A stretch of DNA of 31,633 nucleotides, counting the filler, from an uncultured virus (IMG/VR IMGVR_UViG_2061766007_004010) (Duplodnaviria; Heunggongvirae; Uroviricota; Caudoviricetes). It is 4 parts of one record of this genome, joined end to end, with 100 filler letters (N's around TTAATTAATTAA, not from the genome) between each part and the next. Parts side by side here need not be neighbours in the genome. Positions count along the whole stretch, not along the records: positions 1 to 14,263 come from IMGVR_UViG_2061766007_004010; positions 14,364 to 16,101 come from IMGVR_UViG_2061766007_004010; positions 16,202 to 22,155 come from IMGVR_UViG_2061766007_004010; 1 more part is not named here. One strand, 5' to 3'. A program made the translations under genes and the position numbers. A model generated the notes under the pieces. That model ran no database searches. It was not told where the DNA came from and saw only the letters and a list, made by a program, of their open reading frames with translations. Positions 9,716 through 19,706 of this stretch are shown one piece after another (the first letter of the stretch is position 1; each line of letters opens with the position of its first letter).

Positions 9716-10195
9716 GTTCGCCGGGGCTCCCGGGAGTTCCGGGCATTCCATTGCGAGATGGCCACCTGCGCGCTGCAGGCCGGCCCGGACGGAACTGGAC
9801 ACGCTGGTATCTGCCAGGCAGACCGTGCCGCCGAACATGGAGCCGCCGTTGTCGTTCCCCGCCGTAAGCGATGCCGCACGGATTGGACCGGTAGTGAACT
9901 GGCACGCGTCACCGACAGAGATATATCCGCCGGCGAGGGTAGTGCCGCCAAGCGAAATCTGCTCGGCAGAAGTAATGTTGCCCGCCGTACCGTTCCAGCC
10001 GGACTTGTCCGGGATAATCACGCGGCGGCCCATCTTCAGGTAGTCGCGGCCGAATAGCTTGTACTTGAGGAGGTAGTCGAATTCCTCCTGCTGGGAGGCG
10101 GAGTCGGACGCCACCCTGTCGAACACGAAGGGCCTGACGTCAGCCGCGAAGGCGGACATCGCGAAGGCCAGTACGAAGGTCAGGAAGTATCTCAT
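9716..10195 (-). CDS. Large secreted cadherin-repeat protein, N-terminus with signal peptide
   Basis: MRYFLTFVLAFAMSAFA|AD signal and GAAGGA SD. Its end (ELPGAPAN) overlaps the start of fragment 22256. Confidence 0.8.
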
Positions 10196-10327
10196 TGTGC
10201 GGGTTCCTTCTGTTGATTTTTATTTACATTTCGGAGTTTATCCATATTGTTGATATTCGTTTACATGAATATACATTAAATGTGCGGGAAAAGCTACTTT
10301 TTTCTTAAAATTCCCCTTGACATCTTG

Positions 10328-10356
10328 TTGACAGTGTGTGAATAAATTTGTAATTT
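10328..10356 (+). promoter_or_regulatory. Sigma70-like promoter
   Basis: TTGACA-17 nt-TAATTT in an AT-rich divergent intergenic region. A second TTGACA is at 10317-10322. Confidence 0.55.
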
Positions 10357-10403
10357 ACTGTGCAAACACATGGCAATGCCTTGCCGAACTAACAAGGAAT
10401 ACA

Positions 10404-11771
10404 ATGAGCAGGAAAGAAACCGCAGATTCCCGTAAGCTCCTGAAGCTCTTGGGAAAACCGACCCCAGACACCCGCTACAACGCAACCAACAACCCGGCCG
10501 TAATCAAGCTTCTCGACACGTACGACATGGACACCGACAGGGTGTGCCGCTGGTACGACGTACTGGTCTCCCTCGGGTGGGTGACCGAAGACTACGACGA
10601 ATTCGAGAAGAGCGTGAAGAAGACCGCCAAGAAACGGCTCGACTCCACCCGCACGGCCGCCAGAATCGTCAAGCAGAAGACCGCGAAGCTCCCGAAGCGC
10701 CCGGAATACGACGACGACCTGGTCAGCAAGGCAAACTCCGCCATGGACGACGGCATGCTCATCTCCATGCAGAAGGACCTGAACGCCGCCAAGAAGACAA
10801 TCAAGGAGATGCAGGCATCCGATTACGAGAAGCGCCGCATGATTGGTGAGCTCCGCGAGGCACTCGCGGACTGCACCCCGGACAGGTTCACCATCAAGTT
10901 CGAGAAAATCACCCCGAAGCACGGCAAGGGCAAGTTCTACAACATCCTCCCGCTTTCCGACATCCACTGGGGCGAGGTTGTGCGCTCCCACGACGTCAAC
11001 GGGCTGAACGAGTACAACTTCGAAATCTCCAAGCAGCGCCACATCGAGCTCTTCAAGAAGAACTACGAGTACGCACAGGCCTTCGGATGCGAGGAACTCG
11101 ACATCTTCATGCTCGGCGACATGTTCTCCGGCAACATCCACGACGAGCTCCGCGAGAACAACGAGGCACCGATTACCAAGTGCATCGCCCAATATTACAA
11201 ATTTATTACGGGCCTCATCGATGCCTACAAGGGGTGCTACAAGAAGGTACGCATCCACTGCGTGGTGGGCAACCACGCCCGCACCACCCAGAAGTACCAG
11301 TTCAAGGCCAAGGGTATCGAGAACTACGAATACATCCTGTACTCGTTCATCGAGAACAAGTACAATGATTCCAACGACAACGTGAACGTCATCTTCGGCG
11401 ATTCCACCGTACTGTTCACCAAGGTCGGCAACCAGACCTGGAAACTGGAACACGGCGACCGCTACAAGGGCGGCTCCGCCTTCGTCTCCCCGCTGTCGAC
11501 CACCGTCCGCGACAACTTCAAGGACCAGGCGATATTCGCGGCCATCGGCCAGAAGTTCGACGCGGTCATGATGGGACACTGGCACATCGGCGGCATCTGG
11601 TACCTCCCGGGGACCACCACGCCGGTCTACCTGAACCCGAGCCTCATCGGCCCCGGCGAGTACTCCGTGCACAACCTGCACAGCGCGTTCCCGGCTTCCA
11701 GCTTCAGCTTCATCACCGATGGCAACAAGGTCGTCGACCAGCGCCTAATCGACCTGTCCGGCATCAGATGA
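10404..11771 (+). CDS. Calcineurin-like metallophosphoesterase with N-terminal helical/coiled-coil extension
   Basis: SDIHWG, LGDMFSG, VGNHAR, EHGD and MGHWH motifs. The AAGGA SD supports a start at 10404, and there is strong C-ending codon bias. Confidence 0.85.
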   Translation: MSRKETADSRKLLKLLGKPTPDTRYNATNNPAVIKLLDTYDMDTDRVCRWYDVLVSLGWVTEDYDEFEKSVKKTAKKRLDSTRTAARIVKQKTAKLPKRPEYDDDLVSKANSAMDDGMLISMQKDLNAAKKTIKEMQASDYEKRRMIGELREALADCTPDRFTIKFEKITPKHGKGKFYNILPLSDIHWGEVVRSHDVNGLNEYNFEISKQRHIELFKKNYEYAQAFGCEELDIFMLGDMFSGNIHDELRENNEAPITKCIAQYYKFITGLIDAYKGCYKKVRIHCVVGNHARTTQKYQFKAKGIENYEYILYSFIENKYNDSNDNVNVIFGDSTVLFTKVGNQTWKLEHGDRYKGGSAFVSPLSTTVRDNFKDQAIFAAIGQKFDAVMMGHWHIGGIWYLPGTTTPVYLNPSLIGPGEYSVHNLHSAFPASSFSFITDGNKVVDQRLIDLSGIR

Positions 11772-12338
11772 TTACCATCTCGGAAAACAAGGTAGTCTTC
11801 TCGGAAGTGGAACGCATGCTCCATGCGCTCCACGACGGGGACAAGGCCTATGACGACACTGTGGTCGTTCTCGGCTACAACGTGGCGACCTATCTACCGA
11901 GCAAGCTCCGCCGGGAATATCCGGGGAAGAAGCTGGTGGTATACCAGCTCGAGCAGCTCTTCGACCGTTCCAAGTGGGCCAACGAGCACACCTACAAGTG
12001 GCTCAGGAACGTCGACGAAATCTGGGAGTACGACCTCTCCAACATGGAATGGCTGAAGCGGAACGGGTTCAGCCCCAAGTACCGCCCCATGGAGTACTGC
12101 GACGCACTCAAGGAAATCGACACCACGGAAAAGGACATCGACATCCTGTTCTACGGNNNNNNNNNNACCCAAAGTACCGCCCCATGGAATACTGCGACGC
12201 CCTCAAGGAAATCGACACCACTGAAAAGGACATCGACATCCTGTTCTACGGGTATCCCACCAAGCGGCGCCTCATCCTGATGGACGAGCTCATGGAGAAG
12301 ACCTGGACGTCGTATTCCATGATATGGGCCACCGGGGT
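11768..12338 (+). CDS. GT-B (CgeB/GT1-like) glycosyltransferase-like protein, N-terminal part (two overlapping alleles)
   Basis: YQLEQL...IWEYD..N, KDIDILFYG...RR. Overlaps 21808-22155 through MEKTWTSYSMIWATG. Confidence 0.65.
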
Positions 12339-12348
12339 NNNNNNNNNN

Positions 12349-12438
12349 GGAATACGCGTTCTTGTTGAAGAACAGGATGCCCACCTGAGGGATGCCCTTC
12401 GGGATGCTGCTGAGCTGGATGTCGTTGGCCTTGTCCTC
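12349..12438 (-). CDS. Internal fragment of the RlaP-type nucleotidyltransferase
   Basis: EDKANDIQLSSIPKGIPQVGILFFNKNAYS overlaps the fragment starting at 17823. Confidence 0.7.
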
Positions 12439-12448
12439 NNNNNNNNNN

Positions 12449-13519
12449 AGCGAAGAAGGACGGGGAAAGCGACATCGACTGCATTGACCGTATCGCCAAG
12501 AAGATAGCCGACTCATACAAAGAGAAGTCGGCTTATGTCGCCGGCCTCATAGCCGAACAGGACGGAAAGGCCGAGAAGTACAGCAACCTGATAAAGACCT
12601 ATGCCGAACTCTGCTTGAAGGCAATCGCGTCCCGACTGTCAATAGCGCAGTATTCCATCCTGCTCCATGACATCTGCGTGGCATACCGCAAGCTCGTCCC
12701 GGGCGACCCGATAGACGGCCTGAAGGATTTGCACCTGTACAGGTCAATTGTAAACACCTTTACCGAGTCGACTGCCAAGGGTACCCTGGATGGCAACAAG
12801 TTGACGTTCAAGGTCGACCCGAGCCACATGAGCTGCGCGTTCAAGGATATGATGCTTCTGCATGGTTTTCCACCCGAGTGCCAGTCGGTTCTTGACTGCT
12901 TCGACAAGGACACCCGGGAAATCTCCCTGGTGCTGACCTGGGGAAAGGAGGACGCCGTTTTCAGGATAGAAGGTGTCGACGACCCCAAGAAATCACCGTA
13001 CGTCGAATANNNNNNNNNNCTGGCAGTCAATTTCAAGGATATGATGCTTCTGCATGGCTTTCCGCCCGAGTGCCAGTCGGTTCTTGACTGCATCGACAAG
13101 GACACCGGTGAAATCTCCCTGGTGCTGACCTGGGGAAAGGAGGACACCGTCTTCAGGATAGAAGGTGTCGACGACCCCAAGAAATCACCGTACGTCGAAN
13201 NNNNNNNNNACCCGGAGACCCGATAGACGGCCTGAAGGAACTGCACCTGTACAGGTCAATGGTGAATACCTTTGTATTGCCGGCCGAGAAAGGAACGATG
13301 GACGGTAACAAGGTGACGTTCAAGGTCGACCTGAGCAACATGGCAGTCAATTTCAAGGATGTGATGATGATGCATGGCTTTCCATCCGAGTGCCAGTCGG
13401 TTCTTGACTGCATCGACAAGGACACCAGTGAAATCTCCCTGGTGCTGACCTGGGGAAAGGAGGACACCATCTTCAGGATAGAAGGTGTCGACGACCCCAA
13501 GAAATCACCGTACGTCGAA
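12449..13519 (+). CDS. Hypothetical protein, C-terminal part, three alleles (12449-13009, 13020-13199, 13210-13519)
   Basis: The frame is open from the gap (AKKDGESDIDCIDRIAKK...) to ...DDPKKSPYVE. The frame is preserved among alleles. Confidence 0.65.
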
Positions 13520-13529
13520 NNNNNNNNNN

Positions 13530-14263
13530 CACAATGAAGATAATTTTAACCAAGCGATTGCAGACAATTTTAACCTAGCGATTGAGTTAACGAAACAGGA
13601 ACATGAAAAGATGCCGAAGCTCCACGAGGCAGACAAGGTATATGTCATGTACGGGGAATTCGACCCGTTCACTGCCCGTCACGAGGCTATCCTTCGTGAA
13701 CTGATTCTGCAGGCAACTATGGCTGAAGTCAAGTCAGATGGCAGGCGCAAGGTAGCCATAGTCATGGTCGTGGAGGACAAGCCGAGCTATTCCGGCGCGA
13801 CCGCATTGACCCACCGTCTTCGCATGGTTGAACTGGCCGCATACCACCAGACATGCCTCAAGGTATACGAAACGATGGCGGACTACGTCTTTGTCGTGCC
13901 GAAGAAGGGCTCCCTGGAGGAAACCATAACGGAATCTCTCGGTCTTAACCTTGGCAAGACATTCATCGTAATGGACGCTGCGCAGTGGAACAGCCAGCTC
14001 AGCCATATCGCCATCAACGGAAAGACAACCGTGACCTACATGCGTGAAATGAGCGATATGCTGATAAATGAATCGCGCTTCATTGTATTCAGAAGCGGTT
14101 CGGAAGAGGTCAAGCCCGGGCCCACAAACGTAAAACGGTCAATCATGACTGTGTCCAGTGCAGTAGTGCCCCTGGTGCACGAAGGCGACGTGAGACGGCA
14201 CATGAAGTACAATCCACTGTATAACGGAACGGAAGTCCCGGCATATACCAGGGATTTCATCGC
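13530..14263 (+). CDS. Second allele of the NadD-like domain
   Basis: Collinear with 5861-6600 and carries the same GEFDPFTARH motif. Confidence 0.75.
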
Positions 14264-14307
14264 NNNNNNNNNNNNNNNNNNNNNNNNNNNNNNNNNNNNN
14301 NNNNNNN

Positions 14308-14319
14308 TTAATTAATTAA
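14308..14319. other. Artificial six-frame-stop scaffold linker TTAATTAATTAA (also at 16146-16157 and 22200-22211)
   Basis: Identical palindromic 12-mer embedded in N runs three times. Confidence 0.95.
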
Positions 14320-14689
14320 NNNNNNNNNNNNNNNNNNNNNNNNNNNNNNNNNNNNNNNNNNNNATGCATAGCTTTCTGCCTCGGAGAATTCTGATGTACG
14401 AATACGTAAAGTCGTTCATATCGAAGGACCTTCTCGANNNNNNNNNNNNNNNNNNNNNNNNNNNNNNNNNNNNNNNNNNNNNNNNNNNNNNNNNNNNNNN
14501 NNNNNNNNNNNNNNNNNNNNNNNNNNNNNNNNNNNNNNNNNNNNNNGTTTACTCCGTCCATGTCTCGCAAGGAACACATGATTGCTGCAATAGTGACTTT
14601 TCTGGTGACGGTGTTGTGTATAGCGTTCTGTATTGGAGGAATCTAATGTACGAATATGTAAAGAGCTTCCTGTCAAAGGNNNNNNNNNN

Positions 14690-14932
14690 ATCCTCGACGT
14701 TCCTCTGGTTGAGCCTGATGTAGGCCCTGGCCTTGTACGAGTCGCACAGCGCCGTGATTTCCGGACGGAGCTCGTCGAAGTGCTTCAGGGAATGGATGTG
14801 GTAGTCGCGTACCAGGCGTTCCCCGGTACGTCCGACGTCCTTCCCGCGCTGCAGCACCTCTACAAAGTACATGTCGCCGTCCAGCTCGAAGTGCATGAGC
14901 GAACGGACCTTGTCAAAGTTGTCGACTTTCAT
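14690..14932 (-). CDS. AEP/Prim-Pol-like protein, probable N-terminal part
   Basis: GAGGGG SD. MKVDNFDKVR...YFVEVLQRGKD...EITALCDSYKARAYIRLN is the N-terminus I associate with the WIIDID family (inference; there is no direct overlap). Confidence 0.6.
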
Positions 14933-14945
14933 TCTTGAGTCCCCT

Positions 14946-15383
14946 CTATACGTAATTGCCGTGTCTGAACTGGGCGACGAGCTGAGCCGACTTTCCCGGG
15001 TCGAACCCGAACTGCCTGATGAGCTCGAGGTCACGCTCCGCGTCAATGTAGTCCATGTTCTCCTGTATGCTTTCCAGGTTGCAGGTGTTGGCCCTGTTGC
15101 GGGCGTCTTCCACGCCCTTCCCGGGCGCATGCCCGTCGATGTCCCTGTACCCGGAACCGGTGAATTCGGAAATCGTGATTCCCCACCGGGATTTCCTGGA
15201 GTACTCCTGGCATGTCCGCAGGCTGTCGGAATACCCGAACAGGATTGCCTTGTCGTCGAACATGGCGAGAATCAGGTATTTCGGCATCTTGTCTGCCCGC
15301 ATGGGAACAATCTTGGCATACAGTCCGCGCAGGAACTGCAGGAACAGCAAAAGATATATACCGTTAAATACGCTTTTCAACAT
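14946..15383 (-). CDS. Hypothetical protein with hydrophobic N-terminus
   Basis: 145-aa ORF packed tightly into the operon. Confidence 0.6.
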   Translation of the reverse strand: MLKSVFNGIYLLLFLQFLRGLYAKIVPMRADKMPKYLILAMFDDKAILFGYSDSLRTCQEYSRKSRWGITISEFTGSGYRDIDGHAPGKGVEDARNRANTCNLESIQENMDYIDAERDLELIRQFGFDPGKSAQLVAQFRHGNYV

Positions 15384-15389
15384 AGATAC

Positions 15390-15542
15390 CTACAAAAATG
15401 GTAAAATTACTGTGTCGCCGATAATACCTATAATATAGATAACCAGCTCGCAGATTTGTTGCCAGCCGTACGCGACCAGCGCCGCCATCAGGAGAATTAT
15501 CGCGCCGAACGCCGCAAAAACCGTCGTCAGGCCAGCTAGCAT
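15390..15542 (-). CDS. Small membrane protein
   Basis: About 50 aa, almost fully hydrophobic. Its ATG overlaps the end of the phosphatase gene. Confidence 0.55.
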   Translation of the reverse strand: MLAGLTTVFAAFGAIILLMAALVAYGWQQICELVIYIIGIIGDTVILPFL

Positions 15543-16039
15543 AATCCAAGTCGCTCCCGCGCTTTCCTGAGCGCCGTATAGGTATGCGTGTTGTAGAACC
15601 GGCACGGATTTCCCGGGTTCGTCTGGAACGGCCCCTTGTAGAAGTCCAGTACATACCGGACGACTCCCTGCGACCTCGACTTGCCGGCCCGGCAGTGGAT
15701 AAGGAAATCCATGTCCTTGTGGTCCTCGATGAACCGGACTATCTTCTCGGCCGTCTCCGGGGTTATCCCCCTGGCGGTTAGCTTTCCGGGAAACCCGTAT
15801 TCTTCGCCGTCAAACACCTTTACGTCCACGGTAATGTCGTCGAACTCGACATTGAGCACGTTGGCATGGCCTTCCGAGAAGAAATGCGCGTCGCCGTCGG
15901 AAAGGACGAACTTGGCGACCTCATCGTTGCAGCAAATCGATATGAGCGCCGCATCCGTAGGAGGATTGGTGTCCGACCATCCCTCGTCACGGCAGATTCG
16001 CTCGAAGTCCCGCTTGTTGACGCATATCAGTTGCTGCAT
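15536..16039 (-). CDS. CX5R (protein-tyrosine/dual-specificity) phosphatase-like protein
   Basis: LIHCRAGKSRS, ALISI and EFDDI motifs. The allele is at 19386-19696 (+). Confidence 0.88.
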   Translation of the reverse strand: MQQLICVNKRDFERICRDEGWSDTNPPTDAALISICCNDEVAKFVLSDGDAHFFSEGHANVLNVEFDDITVDVKVFDGEEYGFPGKLTARGITPETAEKIVRFIEDHKDMDFLIHCRAGKSRSQGVVRYVLDFYKGPFQTNPGNPCRFYNTHTYTALRKARERLGLC

Positions 16040-16334
16040 TTCAGCCCCTTCCAACGACCGGGTGGTCGAGGCACTTTCCGTGGTAGATGTGGTCCGCCGT
16101 ANNNNNNNNNNNNNNNNNNNNNNNNNNNNNNNNNNNNNNNNNNNNTTAATTAATTAANNNNNNNNNNNNNNNNNNNNNNNNNNNNNNNNNNNNNNNNNNN
16201 NAGGGGAGGACGGGTTACTCGGGATGGAGTGCTTCTACGGGGGAATCCCTATCAGGACTACCCCGATAATGGACATGGACGGGGTGAGCCACATAGAGCA
16301 CCCGCGCCCGTCGAACAGGTACGANNNNNNNNNN

Positions 16335-16470
16335 GACGGTCCTCGATGGGAAGGACGAACACTCCACGCGTGTCCACGTCGGACGTCTCGGTAGCAAGGC
16401 CGAACGCCTGGCTGCCGACGACGGCGTCCATGATAATCCATCCGGTTCTCTTCAATTCATCTACCGTCAT
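16335..16470 (-). CDS. RlaP/YcgL-type nucleotidyltransferase, N-terminus
   Basis: MTVDELKRTG...VVGSQAFGLATETSDVDTRGVF has the Pol-beta GS...DxD signature. Confidence 0.85.
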
Positions 16471-16955
16471 TTCTTAATCTCCAGTTCTTCAACAGTTGAC
16501 AGCGGAAGATACGATATTGTAAACTTGTATGTTTGCTTATGCGAACTCGGGTCCTGACTGACGAACGAATGGATAAGGAACGGGAATTTTTCATGGTCAT
16601 CGCCAATCGGATGAGGGTTATGGTCTAGGAACGGGCCGTTTCCCTGGTCAATCATGCCTACTTCCCAGTCGCATTCCTTCATTAGCTCGTCCATGAGAAC
16701 TTCGTAGAGCTTGGCGCGTGTAATTTCCTTCCAGTATTCGGAGTCCGGGAAGATGACGCGCTGCGCCTTGATGACCGTCGTGAGGTCGAGCTTGGACAGT
16801 GCCAATGCTGCCGTACGGTATACCTGCTCGTGCTTGACTGGATATTTTGCCTGAGCGGGCGCCAGTTCGGTGACCTTAACGCCTTTCATCGGGTCTACAT
16901 AATTCGGAGCTTCCATGATATCATCCTCTGTGCGCACGTCGGCAAACGGGTCTTC
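16467..16955 (-). CDS. C-terminal part of the hypothetical protein starting at 20562
   Basis: Overlaps 19707-19811 (EDPFADVRTEDD...). Its stop overlaps the nucleotidyltransferase ATG. Confidence 0.7.
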   Translation of the reverse strand, partial: EDPFADVRTEDDIMEAPNYVDPMKGVKVTELAPAQAKYPVKHEQVYRTAALALSKLDLTTVIKAQRVIFPDSEYWKEITRAKLYEVLMDELMKECDWEVGMIDQGNGPFLDHNPHPIGDDHEKFPFLIHSFVSQDPSSHKQTYKFTISYLPLSTVEELEIKK

Positions 16956-16965
16956 NNNNNNNNNN

Positions 16966-18282
16966 CTGAAGAGAACCGGCTGGATTATCATGGACGCCGT
17001 CGTCGGCAGCCAGGCGTTTGGCCTTGCTACCGAGACGTCCGACGTGGACACGCGTGGCGTGTTCGTTCTCCCCATCGAGGACCGTTTGTCCTACAATGCA
17101 ATCGACCAGGTGGCCGACGAGAAGAACAACCATGTCTACTGGGAGCTCAAGAAGTTCCTCCAGCTCCTTCGCGACGGCAACCCGTCCGCTCTCGAGCTGC
17201 TCAACTCGCCGAAGCGCTGCATACTGCAGGGCGAGGAGTTCTTCGANNNNNNNNNNGTCGGATACGACGCCGTAGGCCCAGCGCCATTCGTGCTCGTCGG
17301 CGGCAATCTCGCACCTGTCGAGCGGGACGTTTTCCCAGTAGAGCGCATATGTGTCGGTAACGTGGTCGATTGCTGCAATGGCGTAGTACTTCGGCTCGTC
17401 CTTGCACTCGTAAGGACGCTTCTTCACCCATTCCTTGAACGGGACGGCCAGGTTGCCGTCAACCACGTAGCAGTAGTCGAGCACCTTGGGAGGTTCCTCG
17501 GGCTGCGGGTTGAAAATCTTCTTGTTCAGGCCGTATGCCCTGGAAAGCTGGCTCTTGGCGTACTCCAAGAACGACTTGCAGCAGGCCGGGGTAATCCACA
17601 CGTCCTTCGGAATCATCTCGAAGAACTCCTCGCCCTGCAGTATGCAGCGCTTCGGCGAGTTGAGCAGNNNNNNNNNNATATGCCCTGGAAAGCTGGCTCT
17701 TGGCGTACTCCAGGAACGACTTGCAGCAGGCCGGGGTAATCCACACGTCCTTCGGAATCATTTCGAAGAACTCCTCGCCCTGCAGTATGCAGCGCTTCGG
17801 CGAGTTGAGCAGNNNNNNNNNNGCAGGTGGGCATCCTGTTCTTCAACAAGAACGCCTACTCGCACGACTGTGCCGAGCACACCAAGTACTGGAAATGGGT
17901 AAAGGACAGAAACGAGAGCCGGTACGAGGAAACAATCAAGCACGGCCAGGGATACGACGCAAAGAATACCATGCACTGCATCAGGCTGCTGATGACGGCG
18001 AAGGACATCGCGGAAAGAGGAACTGTTACCGTCGACCGGACGGCAGACCGCGAGTATCTCCTGTCAATCAAGCAGGGAAAGTTCACCTATGACGAGATGA
18101 TGGAACAGAGCGACAAGCTCGTCGCCGAAGTAACCGAGGCATTCAAGAACTCTACCTTCCTCAAGCCCGTCATTTCCCATGAAGAACTTGACCAGCTATT
18201 CACCAGCCTCCTGTTGTCCTTGCATGACAAGTTCAACCGTTTAATCAAGTCGAACATGGAGTTCGACGAAGAGGAAAGCTAG
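16966..18282 (+). CDS. RlaP/YcgL-type (PF10127-like) nucleotidyltransferase, fragmented in mixed orientation (16966-17246 +, 17257-17667 -, 17678-17812 -, 17823-18282 +)
   Basis: GSQAFGL..SDVDTRGVF, WELKKFLQLL..GNPSALELL, F..YA.SQL, YDAKNTMHCIRLL and LLSIKQG motifs. Confidence 0.88.
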
Positions 18283-18320
18283 GTACGCCCAACGTGTTGC
18301 TATTACCGCTGATTTATGAA

Positions 18321-18333
18321 TTTGCTATATTTG
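18321..18333 (+). promoter_or_regulatory. TTTGCTATATTTG promoter motif with an ~80-nt leader
   Basis: Recurrent motif. A GAGG SD precedes the ATG at 18417. Confidence 0.7.
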
Positions 18334-18416
18334 AACTAGGCTAAATCCCGTTCATTTCGTAGCGTAAAATCTCCGAGCAGCAACTTGGGTGGACAAAGCC
18401 AAGAGGAAATTGAATA

Positions 18417-19384
18417 ATGGGCAAACCATTTACAGACAGGGTGAAGCCGTTCGATGAACGGACGAAGTTTGAACTAGAGGTTCCCCGCGATGCGAAACTC
18501 TGGTTCGTCTCCGACACGCACTTCGGTCACAGGAAACTTACTACCGGCGCGCCGGACCATTTCGAGCGTACCCGTCCATACCGGACGACCGAGGAGATGG
18601 ATTCCGCACAGCTTGCCGAATGGATGCGGGTAATCGAGCCGGGGGACATCGTGCTGTTCCTCGGTGACTTCCAGTTCGGCCAGTTCAGCGGGAACGGCGA
18701 GGAAGCCGCCTGGAAGCTCTGGCAGGAACTCCCGGGGCNNNNNNNNNNCTCGTGAAGTACAAGGACCTGACCTACCTGTGCCAGCACTTCCCTTTCACGT
18801 CCGACTTCGACTATGACAAGCCGGACCAGACGAACCTGCTGGCTCTCCGCAATATACTTGACCCNNNNNNNNNNTTTGCCGAATGGATGCGGGTAATCGA
18901 ACCCGGGGACATCGTGCTGTTCCTCGGCGACTTCCAGTTCGGCCAGTTCAACGGGAACGGCGAGGAAGCCGCCTGGAAGCTCTGGCAGGAACTCCCGGGG
19001 CACAAGTTCTTCGTCCGCGGGAACCACGACCAGAAAATCAAGGGCGACCTGCTTGACGTGCGCGACTACGCTATCGTGAAGTACAAGGACCTGACCTACC
19101 TGTGCCAGCACTTCCCGTTCACGTCCGACTTCGACTACGACAAGCCGGACCAGACGAACCTGCTGGCTCTCCGCAATATACTTGACCCGAAGACTACCGT
19201 GCTTGCCCACGGGCATACGCATTCCAGCGACATGTTCTCCAGGGTCAGGATGAAGGATTTCACCATCCAGAACAACGTGTCCTGGGACGTGCTCATGGGG
19301 CCGGTTCCGGCCGAGCGCCTCTATACGGCGGACCACATCTACCACGGAAAGTGCCTCGACCACCCGGTCGTTGAAAGGGGCTGA
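18417..19384 (+). CDS. Calcineurin-like phosphoesterase (phage type), overlapping allele fragments
   Basis: SDTHFGH, LGDF, RGNHD, CQHFP, HGHTH and NVSWD motifs. Confidence 0.9.
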
Positions 19385-19385
19385 C

Positions 19386-19696
19386 ATGCAACAGCTGATA
19401 TGCGTGAACAAGCGCGACTTCGAGCGGATTTGCCGTGACGAAGGCTGGTCGGACAGCAGTCCTCCCATGAATGCGGCGCTCATATCGATTTGCTGCAACG
19501 AGGAGGTCGCCAAGTTCGTCCTTTCCGACGGCGACGCGCATTTCTTCTCGGAAGACCATGCCAACGTCCTCAATGTCGAGTTCGACGACATTACCGGGGA
19601 CGTCAAGGTGTTTGACGGCGAAGAATACGGGTTTCCCGGAAAGCTCACCGCCAGGGGGATAACCCCGGAGACGGCCGAGAAGATAGTCCGGTTCAT
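19386..19696 (+). CDS. Second allele of the CX5R phosphatase (partial)
   Basis: Near-identical to 15536-16039 and directly follows the phosphoesterase. Confidence 0.8.
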
Positions 19697-19706
19697 NNNN
19701 NNNNNN

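Noticed and set aside
9164..10195. Signal peptide fused to an AEP-like domain (343-aa ORF)
   Set aside because: Chimeric across the 9706-9715 gap. The N-terminal part overlaps the cadherin fragment at 22256.
10389..11681. Long antisense ORFs (also 21053-21799, 27183-27953 and others)
   Set aside because: These are shadows of GC3-biased genes on the opposite strand and have no recognisable motifs.
14364..14679. Two short related fragments (small hydrophobic ORF followed by MYEYVKSF)
   Set aside because: Probably alleles of one gene junction, but too short to call.
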